This document shows positions 52,068 to 64,000 of a DNA stretch of 64,000 nt, one piece after another. The notes under the pieces were generated by a model. The model searched no databases, was not told the DNA's origin, and saw only the letters and a list, made by a program, of their open reading frames with translations. The first letter of the stretch is position 1. The number at the start of each line of letters is the position of its first letter. Source of the stretch: Pristiophorus japonicus (lineage: Eukaryota); assembly GCF_044704955.1 (NCBI RefSeq), contig NC_091983.1, forward strand, positions 79,608,001-79,672,000. Direction: 5' to 3'. The position numbers and the translations under genes were made by a program.

Positions 52068-53235
52068 CAGAAAGCCTATAACTATGTTGTGATGGGCAAC
52101 AGTTTTACATATGGAATTGCCTGTTTCAAATGGGTAATTTCTTTCATTTTCTTTAATAAAAGTACTGTAGTATGGCAGGAAACTCTTGCATTTCCAATTG
52201 GCCATAACACTAATAATTTTGACTATTGACTCATTAAATGACTCCACCACAATATGCTAGTGCTTAGCGATACAAGATACTCCCTGTCATCTGCTTTGGA
52301 AAGCTGTTTACTTTCTTTTTATTGTACTCTGTGTCGTCACCCCACCCCACCCCACCCCACCCCACCCTTGACATAAAGTTCAGCCTTTTTATTGAACTGA
52401 TACTATGGAGTTTTGACTTGTCGGAGCATGGCTTCACCAGTAGGGTGTAGTCATCTTCTAGGGAACTGAAGTCCCAGCAGCAACTAGCCCAATACCTTAA
52501 TTAAAGGCATACATGTATTTATATTGCATCTCGGAATTGTCTCCAAGTGCTTCATACTTTTTGGAGTACAAGAAATTGTTAGCAACATTGCCATTGGTAG
52601 CATTTATATAATGATGTTTTCATTGGATTACTTTTGGTTTCAGCATCAATCAACTGCATATTAATTAATGATTGATGACTGGCCTCCAATCATTGGCACC
52701 ACATAAACAATAAAATAGTTATCACTGAACAAGTGGTGACTTCAAGATTGTACAATAATCTATCATGAGAGTTTATCAACTGCTTCTGCTTCACTGTCAT
52801 TTTAAACCTAGATCAGATAATTGCCCATGTATGCTTACTCTTTGGTTGCTAATTAGGTGCAGATTATCACTGTTTAAGTTGAATAATTTTTCTGAGAGCT
52901 ATATGTGCCATCCTGCTTACTATTATCCAGCAAGATTTTCACTTCAGAAAGATAAATACAACTGCTCACAAGCTCCACGCACACAAAAAAGTAACGAATA
53001 TATAAAAGAAGTTTGACAAATCCATGAGCTCTTTATACTTGGCATCACAGGTGATGCTGGAAGGAACTGGAGAAGGGTGTCAAAGAAAACCATTTGTAAT
53101 GGAGGTCAATCTGGGGTTGCCCTTGGCCTCAAGGATGAACCTGGCATAATAAGAATTTGATGGCAGAGGGATAAGCAATGTTAATTGGAGGTGGCAAACC
53201 AGATCTAATGATGGATGGTCAGTTTAGTGCTAAGT

Positions 53236-56161
53236 CTTACCCTATCCCGGAACCAATGCGCCACCATCATCAATGCGTACGCCCCAGCGCTCGATGCAAT
53301 GGATAAGGCTAAAGAGGGTTTTTATTCCAACCTTGAGACATCCCTGTCCCGCGTCCTCACAGGCGACAAATTGATTCTCCTAGATGATTTTAATGCCAGG
53401 GTCGGCAAAGACACAGCCCTCTGGGGAGGCGTGATTGGCAGAGAGGGGGTAGGGAAAGCCAACTCCAGCGGTACCCTACTCCTGACAAAATGCCTAGAAC
53501 ATGAACTCCTCATCACCAACACCCTGTTCCGCCAGAGGGACGAATACAAGGCATCGTGACAGCACCTTCACTACAAACATTGGCACCTGCTCGACTATGT
53601 CATCGTCCGAGCCAGGGACCGCAAGTGTGTGCGCATCACCTGCGCCATGACAGGAGCTGACGACTGCTGGATGGACCACCGCTAATCCGATCCATCATCA
53701 ACATTAACATAACTCCAAAGCATAGAGGACAGCAGAAGCAGTGCCGCAAAAAAGTTAATGCCAGGGCACTTAAAGACCCGAGTAAGAGAGCCCTATACAG
53801 CCAGCACCTCACAGCCATTCTGGTGTGCCTTGATGACCCTGAGATGCTGAATGCCCACAGCGCTTGGTCTGCCCTCCAGGCCTCCATAACCAGTGCCTGT
53901 GAAGAGACACTTGGTCACTCAACCAGAAAACACCAGGACTAGTTTGATGAAAATGATCAGGAGATCCAAGAACTAATAGATCGCAAGTGCAGAGCATTTC
54001 TGAGCCTCAAGCAACAACCCAACTCGGGAGCAGCAAAGCAACGTTACAGACGGCTCAAGGTTGAGGTCCAACAAAAAACCCGGGACCGAAAGAACAGGTG
54101 ATGGCTGGAGAAAGCACAGGAGATACAACAACTGGCCAACAGCCACGATATGCGAGGAATCTTCATTGCAGTCAAGGCCACCTACGGTCCAAACTCCCAA
54201 GGCCCCACCCCACTCCTGTCCAAGAACGGGGAAACATTCATCAAGGACACCAAGGCTGTCGGGGCCCGCTGGAAGGAGCACTTCAAAGAACTCCTCAATC
54301 GAGACTCTGTCTTTGACTCGAATGTTCTCGATTCCATCCCGCAGCATGCGACCCACGACCACCTCAGTGAAACCCCAACACTGCACGAAGTTGGCAAAGC
54401 CATAAAACAGCTCAAGAATAACAAGGCTACGGCTGCGGATGGATTCCCTGCTGAGGCACTAAAGTATGGCGGAGAGGCGCTGTTGGCACGGATACCCGAC
54501 ATCTGGAGGGAGGAGAGCATGCCGGGAGATCTCAGAGATGCAGTGATCGTGACCACCTTTTTTAAAAAAAAAAAGGAGACAAGTCCGACTGCGGCAATTA
54601 CATGGGAATCTCCCTGCTATCAGCCACTGGGAAAGTTGTCACTAGAGTTCTCCTCCACTGTCTTCTCCCTGTGGCCGAGGAGGTCCTCCTGGAATCACAG
54701 TGCGGATTTCGTCCCTTACGGGGCACAACGGACATAATCTTTGCAGCGCGACAGTTGCAGGAAAAGTGCTGGGAGCAGCGCCAGCCCTTATACATGGCCT
54801 ATTTCGATCTCGCAAAGGCCTTTGACACTGTCAACCATGAGGGTCGATGGAGTGTTCTCCTCTGTTTTGGATGCCCTCAAAAGTTTGTCAACATCCTGCA
54901 CCTGCTCCATGACGACATGCAGGCCGTGATCCTTACCAACGGATCCATTACAGACCCATTCCACGTCCGGACCGGGATCAAACAGGGCTGCGTCATCGCT
55001 CCAACCCTCTTCTCAATCTTCCTTGCTGCCATGCTCCACCTTGCAGTCAACAAGCTCCCCGCTGGAGTGGAACTAAACTACAGAACCAGTGGGAAGCTGT
55101 TTAACCCACGCCGCCTCCAGGCCAGGTCCAAGATCACACCAACCTCTGTCGTTGAGCTAAAGTACGCGAAGACGTCTGCGTCTGCGCACATTCTGAGGCT
55201 GAACTCCAGGATATAGTTGATGTATTCACCGACACATATGAAAGCATGGGCCTTACGCTTAACATCTGTAGGACAAAGGTCCTCCACCAGCCTGTCCTCG
55301 CCGCCCAGCACTGCCCCCCAGTCATCAAGATTCACGGCGCAGCCCTCGACAACATGGATCATTTCCCATACCTCGGGGGCCTCTTGTCAATAAGAGCAGA
55401 CATTGATGACTAGATCCAACACCGCCTCCAGTGTGCCAGTGCAACCTTTGGCTGCCTCAGGAAAAGAGTGTTTGAAGACCAGGTCCTCAAATCTACCACC
55501 AAGCTCATGGTCTACAGGGCTGTAGTAATACCCGCCCTCCTGTTTGGATCAGAGGCATGGACGATGTACAGAAGACACCAAGTCGCTGGAGATATATCAC
55601 CAACAATGTCTCCGCAAGATCCTGCAAATTCCCTGGGAGGACAGGCGAACCAACATTCGTGTCCTCGTCCGGGCTAACATCCCCAGCATTTGAAGCACTG
55701 ACCACACTCGATCAGCTTCGCTGGGCAGGTCACATGGTTCGCATGCCATACACGAGACTCCCGAAGCAAATGCTTTATGCGGAGCTCCTTCACGGGAAAC
55801 GAGCCAAAGGTGGGCAGCGGAAACGTTAGAAGGACACCCTCAAAGCCTCCCTGGTAAAGTGCGACATCACCACTGACACTTGGGAGTCCCTGGCCGAAGA
55901 CTGCCCTAGGTGGAGAAAGTGCATCCGGGAGGGCGTTGAGCTCTTCAAAACTCAATGCTAAAAGCGTGAAGAGGTCAAGCGCATGCAGCGGAAGGAGCAT
56001 GCGGCAAACCAGTCCCACCCAACCCTTCCCTCGGCAAATGTCTGTCCCACCTGTGACAGAGTCTGTGGCTCTCGTATTGGACTGTTTAGCCACCAAAGAA
56101 TTCACTTCAGGAGTGGAAGCAAGTCTTCCTCGATTCCGAGGGACTGCCGATGATGATGATG
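53236..56161 (+). mobile_element. Long RTE LINE (APE endonuclease and RT), decayed
   Basis: AYAP, DFNARVG, LLDYVIVR, QCGFR, DLAKAFDTV, QGCVIAP; (GAT)n tail. Confidence 0.93.
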
Positions 56162-56170
56162 CATCAAGTG

Positions 56171-57397
56171 CTGCTCCACGATGACATGCAAGCCGTGATC
56201 CTGACCAATGTATCGACCACAGACTCATTCCACGTCCAGACCGGGGTCAAGCAAGGCTGTGTCATCGCACCAACATGCTTCTTGATCTTCCTTGCTGCAA
56301 TGCTCTGTCTCACCCTCAGCAAGCTCCCCGCCGGAGTGGAGCTAATTTACAGGGCAAACGGGAATCTGTCCAACCTCCACCGCCTCCAGGCCAGATCCAA
56401 GGCTGTCCCATCCTCTGTCATTGAATTACAGTATGCAGATGACACCTGTGTCTGCGCACACTCTGAGGCCGAACGCCAAGCCATCGTCAACGCCTTCACC
56501 GAGAGCATGGGCCTTACACTAAACATCAATAAGACAAAGATCCTCTACCAACCTGCCCCCGCCGCACAGCACTGTCCCCCGATTATCAAAATCCATGATG
56601 AGGCCTTGGACAATGTGAACCATTTTCCATACCTCGGGAGTCTACTGTCAACAAGGGCAGACATCGACGATGATGAAATCCAACACCGCCTTCAGTGTGA
56701 CAGTGCAGCTTTCGGTCGTCTGAGGAAGAGGGTGTGTGAAGATCAGGATCTCAAACCCGGCACGAAGCTCATGGTCTACAGAGCAGTAGTGATACCCGCT
56801 CTCCTATATGGCTCAGAGACATGGAGTATGTACAGCAGGCACCTCAAAACACTGGAGAAGTACCACCAACGCTGCTCTGCAAGACTTTGTAAATCCATTG
56901 GCAGGATAGGTGCACCAAGGTCAGTGTTCTTGCTCAGCCCAACATCCCCAGCATCGAAGCACTGACCACGCTCGATCAGCTCTGCTGGATGGGCCACATC
57001 GTCTGCATGCCTAACATGAGACTTCCAAAACAAGCACTCTACTCGGAGCTCCGACACAGCAAGCGAGCCCCAGGTGGGCAGAGGAAACGCTTCAAGGACA
57101 CCCTCAAAGCCTCTTGAAAAAATGTAACATCCCCACCGACACCTGGGAATCTCTGGCCCAAGACCGCTCAAAGTAGAGGAAAAGCATCTGGGAAGGCGCC
57201 AAACTCCTCGAGTCTCTTCTTTGGGAGCAAGCTGAAGCCAAGCAACCCAGGCACCCTACCCACCCATTCCTTCAACCACCATTTGCCCCACCGGTGACAG
57301 AGACTGTAGGGCCCACATTGGACTCATCAGTCACCTGAGAACTCAATTTTAAGTGTGGAAACAAGTCATCCTCGACTCCAAGGGACTGCCTATGATG
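56171..57397 (+). mobile_element. Second RTE LINE fragment (RT to 3' end), different subfamily
   Basis: QYADDT, HFPYLGS, LLYGSETW; tail gggactgcctatgatg. Confidence 0.9.
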
Positions 57398-57740
57398 TTG
57401 AGGGATCAAGTGTACTCGAGCCTACAATTCTCTGATTTAAGGTCATGAATGTGGGTGCTGTACCGGGGTCAATGGTAGGAATGGGAGACACTGAATGATC
57501 CAGTAGGCCCTCTGTGTTGCAGACTGTTGAGTGAGTCAGTGGAGGTGGTATTGTCATTGGTAGATTGCCAGAGGAGAAGGAGTTGTGAGTGTGAGCTGGT
57601 ACACAGTTTTTCTGAGAAATATAAGAGAGAAATATTTATGCAGACTACCCCACCTCCCCCCTCAACTGTGTGGTGAAGGTACTCCCACAGTGCTGTTAGG
57701 GAGGGAGTGCCAGGATTTTGACCCAGTGACAATGAAGGAA

Positions 57741-59749
57741 ACATAGAAACATAGAAACATAGAAAATAGGTGCAGGAGTAGGCCATTCGGCCCTTCTAGC
57801 CTGCACCGCCATTCAATGAGTTCATGGCTGAACATTCAACTTCAGTACCCCATTCCTGCTTTCTCGCCATACCCCTTGATCCCCCTAGCAGTAAGGACCT
57901 CATCTAACTCCTTTTTGAATATATTTAGTGAATTGGCCTCAACAACTTTCTGTGGTAGAGAATTCCACAGGTTCACCACTCTCTGGGTGAAGAAGTTCCT
58001 CCGCATCTCGGTCCTAAATGGCTTACCCCTTATCCTTAGACTGTGACCCCTGGTTCTGGACTTCCCCAACATTGGGAACATTCTTCCTGCATCTAACCTG
58101 TCTAACCCCGTCAGAATTTTATATGTTTCTATGAGGTCCCCTCTCATTCTTCTGAACTCCAGTGAATACAAGCCCAGTTGATCCAGTCTTTCTTGATAGG
58201 TCAGTCCCGCCATCCCGGGAATCAGTCTGGTGAACCTTCGCTGCACTCCCTCAATAGCAAGAATGTCCTTCCTCAGGTTAGGAGACCAAAACTGTACACA
58301 ATACTCCAGGTGTGGCCTCACCAATGCCCTGTACAACTGTAGCAACACCTCCCTGCCCCTGTACTCAAATCCCCTTGCTATGAAGGCCAACATGCCATTT
58401 GCTTTCTTAACCGCCTGCTGCAACTGCATGCCAACCTTCAATGACTGATGTACCATGACACCCAGGTCTCTTTGCACCTCCCCTTTTCCTAATCTGTCAC
58501 CATTCAGATAATAGTCTGTCTCTCTGTTTTTACCACCAAAGTGGATAACCTCACATTTATCCACATTATACTTCATCTGCCATGCATTTGCCCACTCACC
58601 TAACCTATCCAAGTCGCTCTGCAGCCTCACAGCATCCTCCTCGCAGCTCACACTGCCACCCAACTTAGTGTCATCCGCAAATTTGGAGATACTACATTTA
58701 ATCCCCTCATCTAAATCATTAATGTACAGTGTAAACAGCTGGGGCCCCAGCACAGAACCTTGCGGTACCCCACTAGTCACTGCCTGCCCTTCTGAAAAGT
58801 ACCCATTTACTCCTACTCTTTGCTTCCTGTCTGACAACCAGTTCTCAATCCATGTCAGTACACTACCCCCAATCCCATGTGCTCTAACTTTGCACATCAA
58901 TCTCTTGTGTGGGACCTTGTCGAACGCCTTCTGAAAGTCCAAATATACCACATCAACTGGTTCTCCCTTATCCACTCTACTGGAAACATCCTCAAAAAAT
59001 TCCAGAAGATTTGTCAAGCATGATTTCCCTTTCACAAATCCATGCTGACTTGGACCTATCATGTCACCTCTTTCCAAATGCACTGCTATGACATCCTTAA
59101 TAATTGATTCCATCATTTTACCCACTACCGATGTCAGGCTGACCGGTCTATAATTCCCTGTTTTCTCTCTCCCTCCTTTTTTAAAAAGTGGGGTTACATT
59201 GGCTACCCTCCACTCCATAGGAACTGATCCAGAGTCAATGGAATGTTGGAAAATGACTGTCAACGCATCCACTATTTCCAAGGCCACCTCCTTAAGTACT
59301 CTGGGATGCAGTCCATCAGGCCCTGGGGATTTATCGGCCTTCAATCCCATCAATTTCCCCAACACAATTTCCCGGCTAATAAGGATTTCCCTCAGTTCCT
59401 CCTCCTTACTAGACCCCCCGACCCCTTTTATAACCGGAAGGTTGTTCGTGTCCTCCTTCGTGAATACCGAACCAAAGTACTGGTTCAATTGGTCCGCCAT
59501 TTCTTTGTTCCCCGTTATGACTTCCCCTGATTCTGACTGCAGGGGACCTACATTTGTCTTTACTAACCTTTTTCTCTTTACATATCTATAGAAACTTTTG
59601 CAATCCGTCTTAATGTTCCCTGCAAGCTTCTTCTCATACTCCATTTTCCCTGCCCTAATCAAACCCTTTGTCCTCCTCTGCTGAGTTCTAAATTTCTCCC
59701 AGTCCCCAGGTTCGCTGCTATTTCTGGCCAATTTGTATGCCACTTCCTT
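57741..59749 (-). mobile_element. Young 5'-truncated CR1 with an uninterrupted 633-aa ORF2 segment (57842-59743)
   Basis: All RT motifs are intact through the native stop. 3' UTR and (CTATGTTT)n tail present. GAA duplicated at both ends. Confidence 0.95.
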
Positions 59750-59808
59750 GAACGGCGATATATTTCCAAGTCAGGATCGTGTTTAACTTGGAGGGGCACT
59801 TGCAGGTA

Positions 59809-60990
59809 ATAGAAACATAGAAAATAGGTGCAGGAGTAGGTCATTCGGCCCTTCTAGCCTGCACCGCCATTCAATGAGTTCATGGCTGAACATGCAATTT
59901 CAGTACCCCATTCCTGCTTTCTCGCCATACCCCTTGATCCCCCTAGTAGTAAGGACTTCATCTAACTCCTTTTTGAATATATTTAGTGAATTGGCCTCAA
60001 CAACTTTCTGTGGTAGAGAATTCCACAGGTTCACCACTCTCTGGGTGAAGAAGTTCCTCCTCATCTCGGTCCTAAATGGCTTACCCCTTCTCCTTAGACT
60101 GTGTCCCCTGGTTCTGGACTTCCTCAACATTGGGAACATTCTTCCTGCATCTAACCTGTCTAACCCCGTCAGAATTTTAAACGTTTCTATGAGTCCCCTC
60201 TCATTCTTCTGAACTCCAGTGAATACAAGCCCAGTTGATCCAGTCTTTCTTGATAGGTCAGTCCCGCCATCCCGGGAATCAGTCTGGTGAACCTTCGCTG
60301 CACTCCCTCAATAGCAAGAATGTCCTTCCTCAGGTTAGGAGACCAAAACTGTACACAATACTCCAGGTGTGGCCTCACCAAGGCCCTGTACAACTGTAAC
60401 AACACCTCCCTGCCCCTGTACTCAAATCCCCTCACTATGAAGGCCAACATGCCATTTGCTTTCTTAACCACCTGCTGTACCTGCATGCCAACCTTCAATG
60501 ACTGATATACCATGACACCCAGGTCTCGTTGCACCTCCCCTTTTCCTAATCTGTCACCATTCAGATAATAGTCTGTCTCTCTGTTTTTACCACCAAAGTG
60601 GATAACCTCACATTTATCCACATTATAACTTCATCTGCCATGCGTTTGCCCACTCACCTAACCTATCCAAGTCGCTCTGCAGCCTCATAACATCCTCCTC
60701 GCAGCTCACACTGCCACCCAACTTAGTGTCATCCGCAAATTTGGAGATACTACATTTAATCCCCTCATCTAAATCATTAATGTACAGTGTAAACAGCTGG
60801 GGCACCAGCACAGAACCTTGCGGTACCCCACTAGTCATTGCCTGCCATTCTGAAAAGTCCCCATTTACTCCTACTCTTTGCTTCCTGTCTGACAACCAGT
60901 TCTCAATCCATGTCAGCACACTACCCCCAATCCCATGTGCTTTAACTTTTCACATTAATCTCTTGTGTGGGACCTTGTCGAAAGCCTTCT
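59809..60990 (-). mobile_element. Sister CR1 copy, 5'-truncated and frameshifted
   Basis: Near-identical to 57741-58930, with scattered SNPs and indels. Confidence 0.93.
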
Positions 60991-62439
60991 GATGGTGTTC
61001 CCATGCGCCTGCTGCCCTTCTTCTAGGTGGTGGAGGTCGCAGGCTTGGGAGGTGCTGCTGAAGAAGTTTTGGCGTGTTGCTGCAGTGCAACTTGTCGATG
61101 GTATACACTGCAGCCACGGTGCGCCGGTGGTGGAGGAAGTGAATGTTTAAGGTGGTCGACGGGGTGGCAATCAAATGGCTGCTTTGTCCTGGATGGTGTC
61201 GAGCTTCTTGAATGTTGGAGCTGCACTCGTCCAGTCAAGTGGAGAGTATTCCATCATACTCCTGACTTATGCCTTGTAGATGGTGGAATGGCTTTGGGGA
61301 GTCAGGAGGTGAGACACTCGCCAAGGAATACCCAGCCTCTGACCGGCTCTTGTTGCCACAGTATTTATGTGGCTGGTCCAGTTAAGTTTCTGGTCAATGG
61401 TGATGGTGGGGGATTCGGTGATGGTAATGTCGTTGAATGTCAAAGGGCGGTGGTTAGACTCTCACTTGTTGGAGATAATCATTGCTGGCACTTGTGTGGC
61501 ACGAATGTTAATTATCAGCCCAAGTCTGAATGTCATCTAGGTCTTGCTGCATCCGAGCATGGACTGCTTCATTATCTGAGGAGCTGCGAGTGGCACTGAA
61601 CACTGTGCAGTCATCAGTGAACATCCCCACTTCTGACCTTTATGATGGTGAGAAGGTCATTGATGAAGCAGCTGAAGATGGTTGGGCCGAGGACACTGCC
61701 CTGAGGAACTCGTGCAGCGAAGTCCTAGGGCTGAGATGATTGACCTCCAAGAACCACAACCATCTTGCTTTGTGCTAGGTATGACTCCAGCCAGTGGAGA
61801 GTTTTTCCCCTGATTCCCATTTACTTCAGTTTTACTCGTGCTCCTTGATGCCACACTCAAAATGCTGCCTTGATGTCAAGAACAGTCACTCCTCACCTCT
61901 GGAATTCAACCTTTTGTCCATGTTTGGACTAAGGCTGTAATGAGGCCTGGAGCCTAGTGGACCTGGCTAAACCCAAACTGGGCATTAGTGAACTGTTTAG
62001 ATGGAAAATAAGATAAGCTACTTAAGTTTGTAGGAGTTAATTTCTAAGAAAAGTCATGCAATACAAGAAAGTTCATACTAAAATTATTACTGGCTTTTAT
62101 ATATTATATCAAAGATGAGATGCAAGAAAAATATTAAGTATTTTAACATTTAAAATCGGTTTGACTTTAGGGGAAACTATTAACTGTTCTGGGTAAAACC
62201 TGGTGTATTTAACATTTTAGAAAGCTCCAGTTAATTATAACTCTGCTTTAATTCTCCATGTAAGCAATTAAAGGCTCCCTGTGAGAGTTTCTGGAGCATA
62301 ATTGCATGATTATGACCCTGGACTTCTAACTAAATACTTGAAAGACTCTAGCCATGTGATTTTAAAAATAACATGCAAGATCAGACCAGGAGCAAAACAT
62401 TGCCAAAACCTTGAGACTGATATCATTATAAATCAGACC

Positions 62440-62800
62440 TGTGGGCAGGTTGGAAGGCCTCCTTGTAGAACTGCTCCTGGGCATGGCCAAGGGGGCCATT
62501 AACCGGTCCGGGCAGCGGGCGGTCGAGGGGGTCGTTCAGCCCGACTGCCTACCTCTCTTCCGTGGTTACATTCGAGCCAGGGTGTCCCTGGAGATGGAGC
62601 ACGCGATGTCCACGGTACGCTCACGGCCTTTTCGAGAGGTGGGCGCTGGAGGGATTGGAGTGCATCATTTCAACAGTGAACAGAATTTTAATTTAATTTG
62701 ATTTGAAAAAGGTTCCCTTTAATTTTCAATTGTTAATTTGTGGATTTTGGTGCCCTCAAAAAAAAAAGGGAGCACTTGATTGAAAGTTGCTTTTAAAAAT
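62440..62800 (+). mobile_element. Tx1-like LINE 3' end
   Basis: LLLGMAKGAINRS...DCLPLFRGYIRARVSLE resembles a Tx1 ORF2 C-terminus; T-rich 3' UTR. Confidence 0.6.
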
Positions 62801-63079
62801 AGTTGTAGTTATGCATTTTATTTGTCTATTTTTAAAAGGTCATGCAATGTAGAACTGTGTTTTGTGGACCTCTTGGATGGAATGTATTACTCTCGATGAT
62901 TATATATATAGTTTTATACTCGGGAATAGGAGAACTAACAAGGACAATATGTATACATGCATATTTTTTTTATATATATATATACACGCTTGTATTTTTG
63001 TGACCTATTAAACCGGATGCGTTGCTTGTGCAGTCATTTTAGCACTCCTATAAATCATGAATGCAACATATACATTGGG

Positions 63080-63595
63080 CTGACTGTTCCCGGGGCCCAT
63101 CCGCACGGTGCGGGGAACTCAGTCAGGAGGCCACAGGACAAAGTAGGTGCTGGACCCAGGATGATTGGCGGGGTGCAGTGTTCAAACCCGGGGGATGAAA
63201 TCGATCTCCAGGGTGGGGGCCGATCCCCTGGGGCTCAGTTGCGATCCCAGGGGGTGTTCCAGGCCTTGGGGGGGAGGGGGGGGGGTCCGATCCCTGACCC
63301 CGGCAAGGGTTATGGGCTGATTGTGAGGGAGCTTGGGGGGCTGGGAGTTAGCACTCCTGCTCCTCCCAGCCCACAAAAATTGCTCCCGAGGCGGAGGGTG
63401 CCTTGTTGTAGCCACCAGGAATCCCGAGCCCCGCGATCCCCGGCCATCTGCATAGCAGGTTAATGTGGAGGCCTCAGGCCTCATTAAAATATTTAAACTG
63501 CCAACTTCCCTCTTAGCAGCGGGTTAGCAGCCCCGCCCCCCCGTCTCACCAAAGTGAAAGATGAAAGTGAGCGGGTTTGATGCGGGTTGGGGCAT
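63080..63595. mobile_element. GC-rich non-autonomous DNA element fragment
   Basis: Resembles the right arm of 28329-29135 (cattaaaatatttaaa...gcgggttgg). Confidence 0.45.
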
Positions 63596-64000
63596 AGATC
63601 TGTTGGGCCAAATGGCCTGTTTCTGTACTTTAAATTCTATGTATGCCATTTTATGTATGTAATAATGGGCACACATCTAGTTTAAAGTCATGTAAGCCTA
63701 AGTATGAGTAGTATGAGTAGTGCTTCAGTTCATGGGTGAAAGCTTGACTGTTTTCTGCAGAATGTGAAAACGGCAATGTTAAATGGGATCAAAGCTGAAT
63801 CATTTGAGCTATTGAAGGAAAGCAGGCCATGCAATTCCTTTTTAAAAGGATTTGAATGATGTAATTGTTCAGATTTAAAATCTTTCTTCCCATGGGCTTT
63901 CAGGCTAGATGGTTAAATCCGAAGCATTATATTGAAATGTATGCTCTCAGTAACTGCTCACAGTGCTTGTGTACTGGGAAAGCTGAATCAATACTGGTTC

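Larger units (their letters stand above)
57665..61992 (-). mobile_element. Older non-LTR LINE (clade uncertain, L2/CR1 group) split by two CR1 insertions
   Basis: Segments 57665-57740, 59750-59807 and 60991-61992 join into continuous RT-like sequence (PQGSVLGPTIFSCFINDL; DDCTVF). Confidence 0.75.

Noticed and set aside
57842-59743. Host protein-coding gene or autonomous LINE
   Set aside because: 5'-truncated CR1 ORF2 lacking the endonuclease, ORF1 and promoter.
63761-63860. Candidate exon after ttttctgcAG
   Set aside because: Immediate stop in the required phase and no clear donor.

Overview
Vertebrate nuclear DNA, very likely from a shark or other elasmobranch, judging by the CR1 families with (CTATGTTT)n tails and an SGNH-type ORF1, RTE elements with (GAT)n tails, K02A2.6-like Gypsy, Penelope and Harbinger elements. 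I found one convincing host coding exon (3021-3219, + strand, resembling an internal HS1BP3 exon). The remaining ~60 kb looks like one large intron packed with nested transposons: two decayed two-gene Harbinger elements, several Harbinger-type and TA-flanked MITEs, many CR1, RTE and L2 LINE fragments (one CR1 with an intact 633-aa ORF), Gypsy remnants, a solo LTR, and a Penelope 3' end with a minimal hammerhead ribozyme. The most unusual signal is a CR1 fragment at 6269-6608 with dense, strand-specific A-to-G changes in an ADAR-like context, suggesting a hyper-edited RNA was reverse-transcribed into the genome. All calls were made by eye and no database searches were run. Most short ORFs in the supplied track are by-products of repeats.
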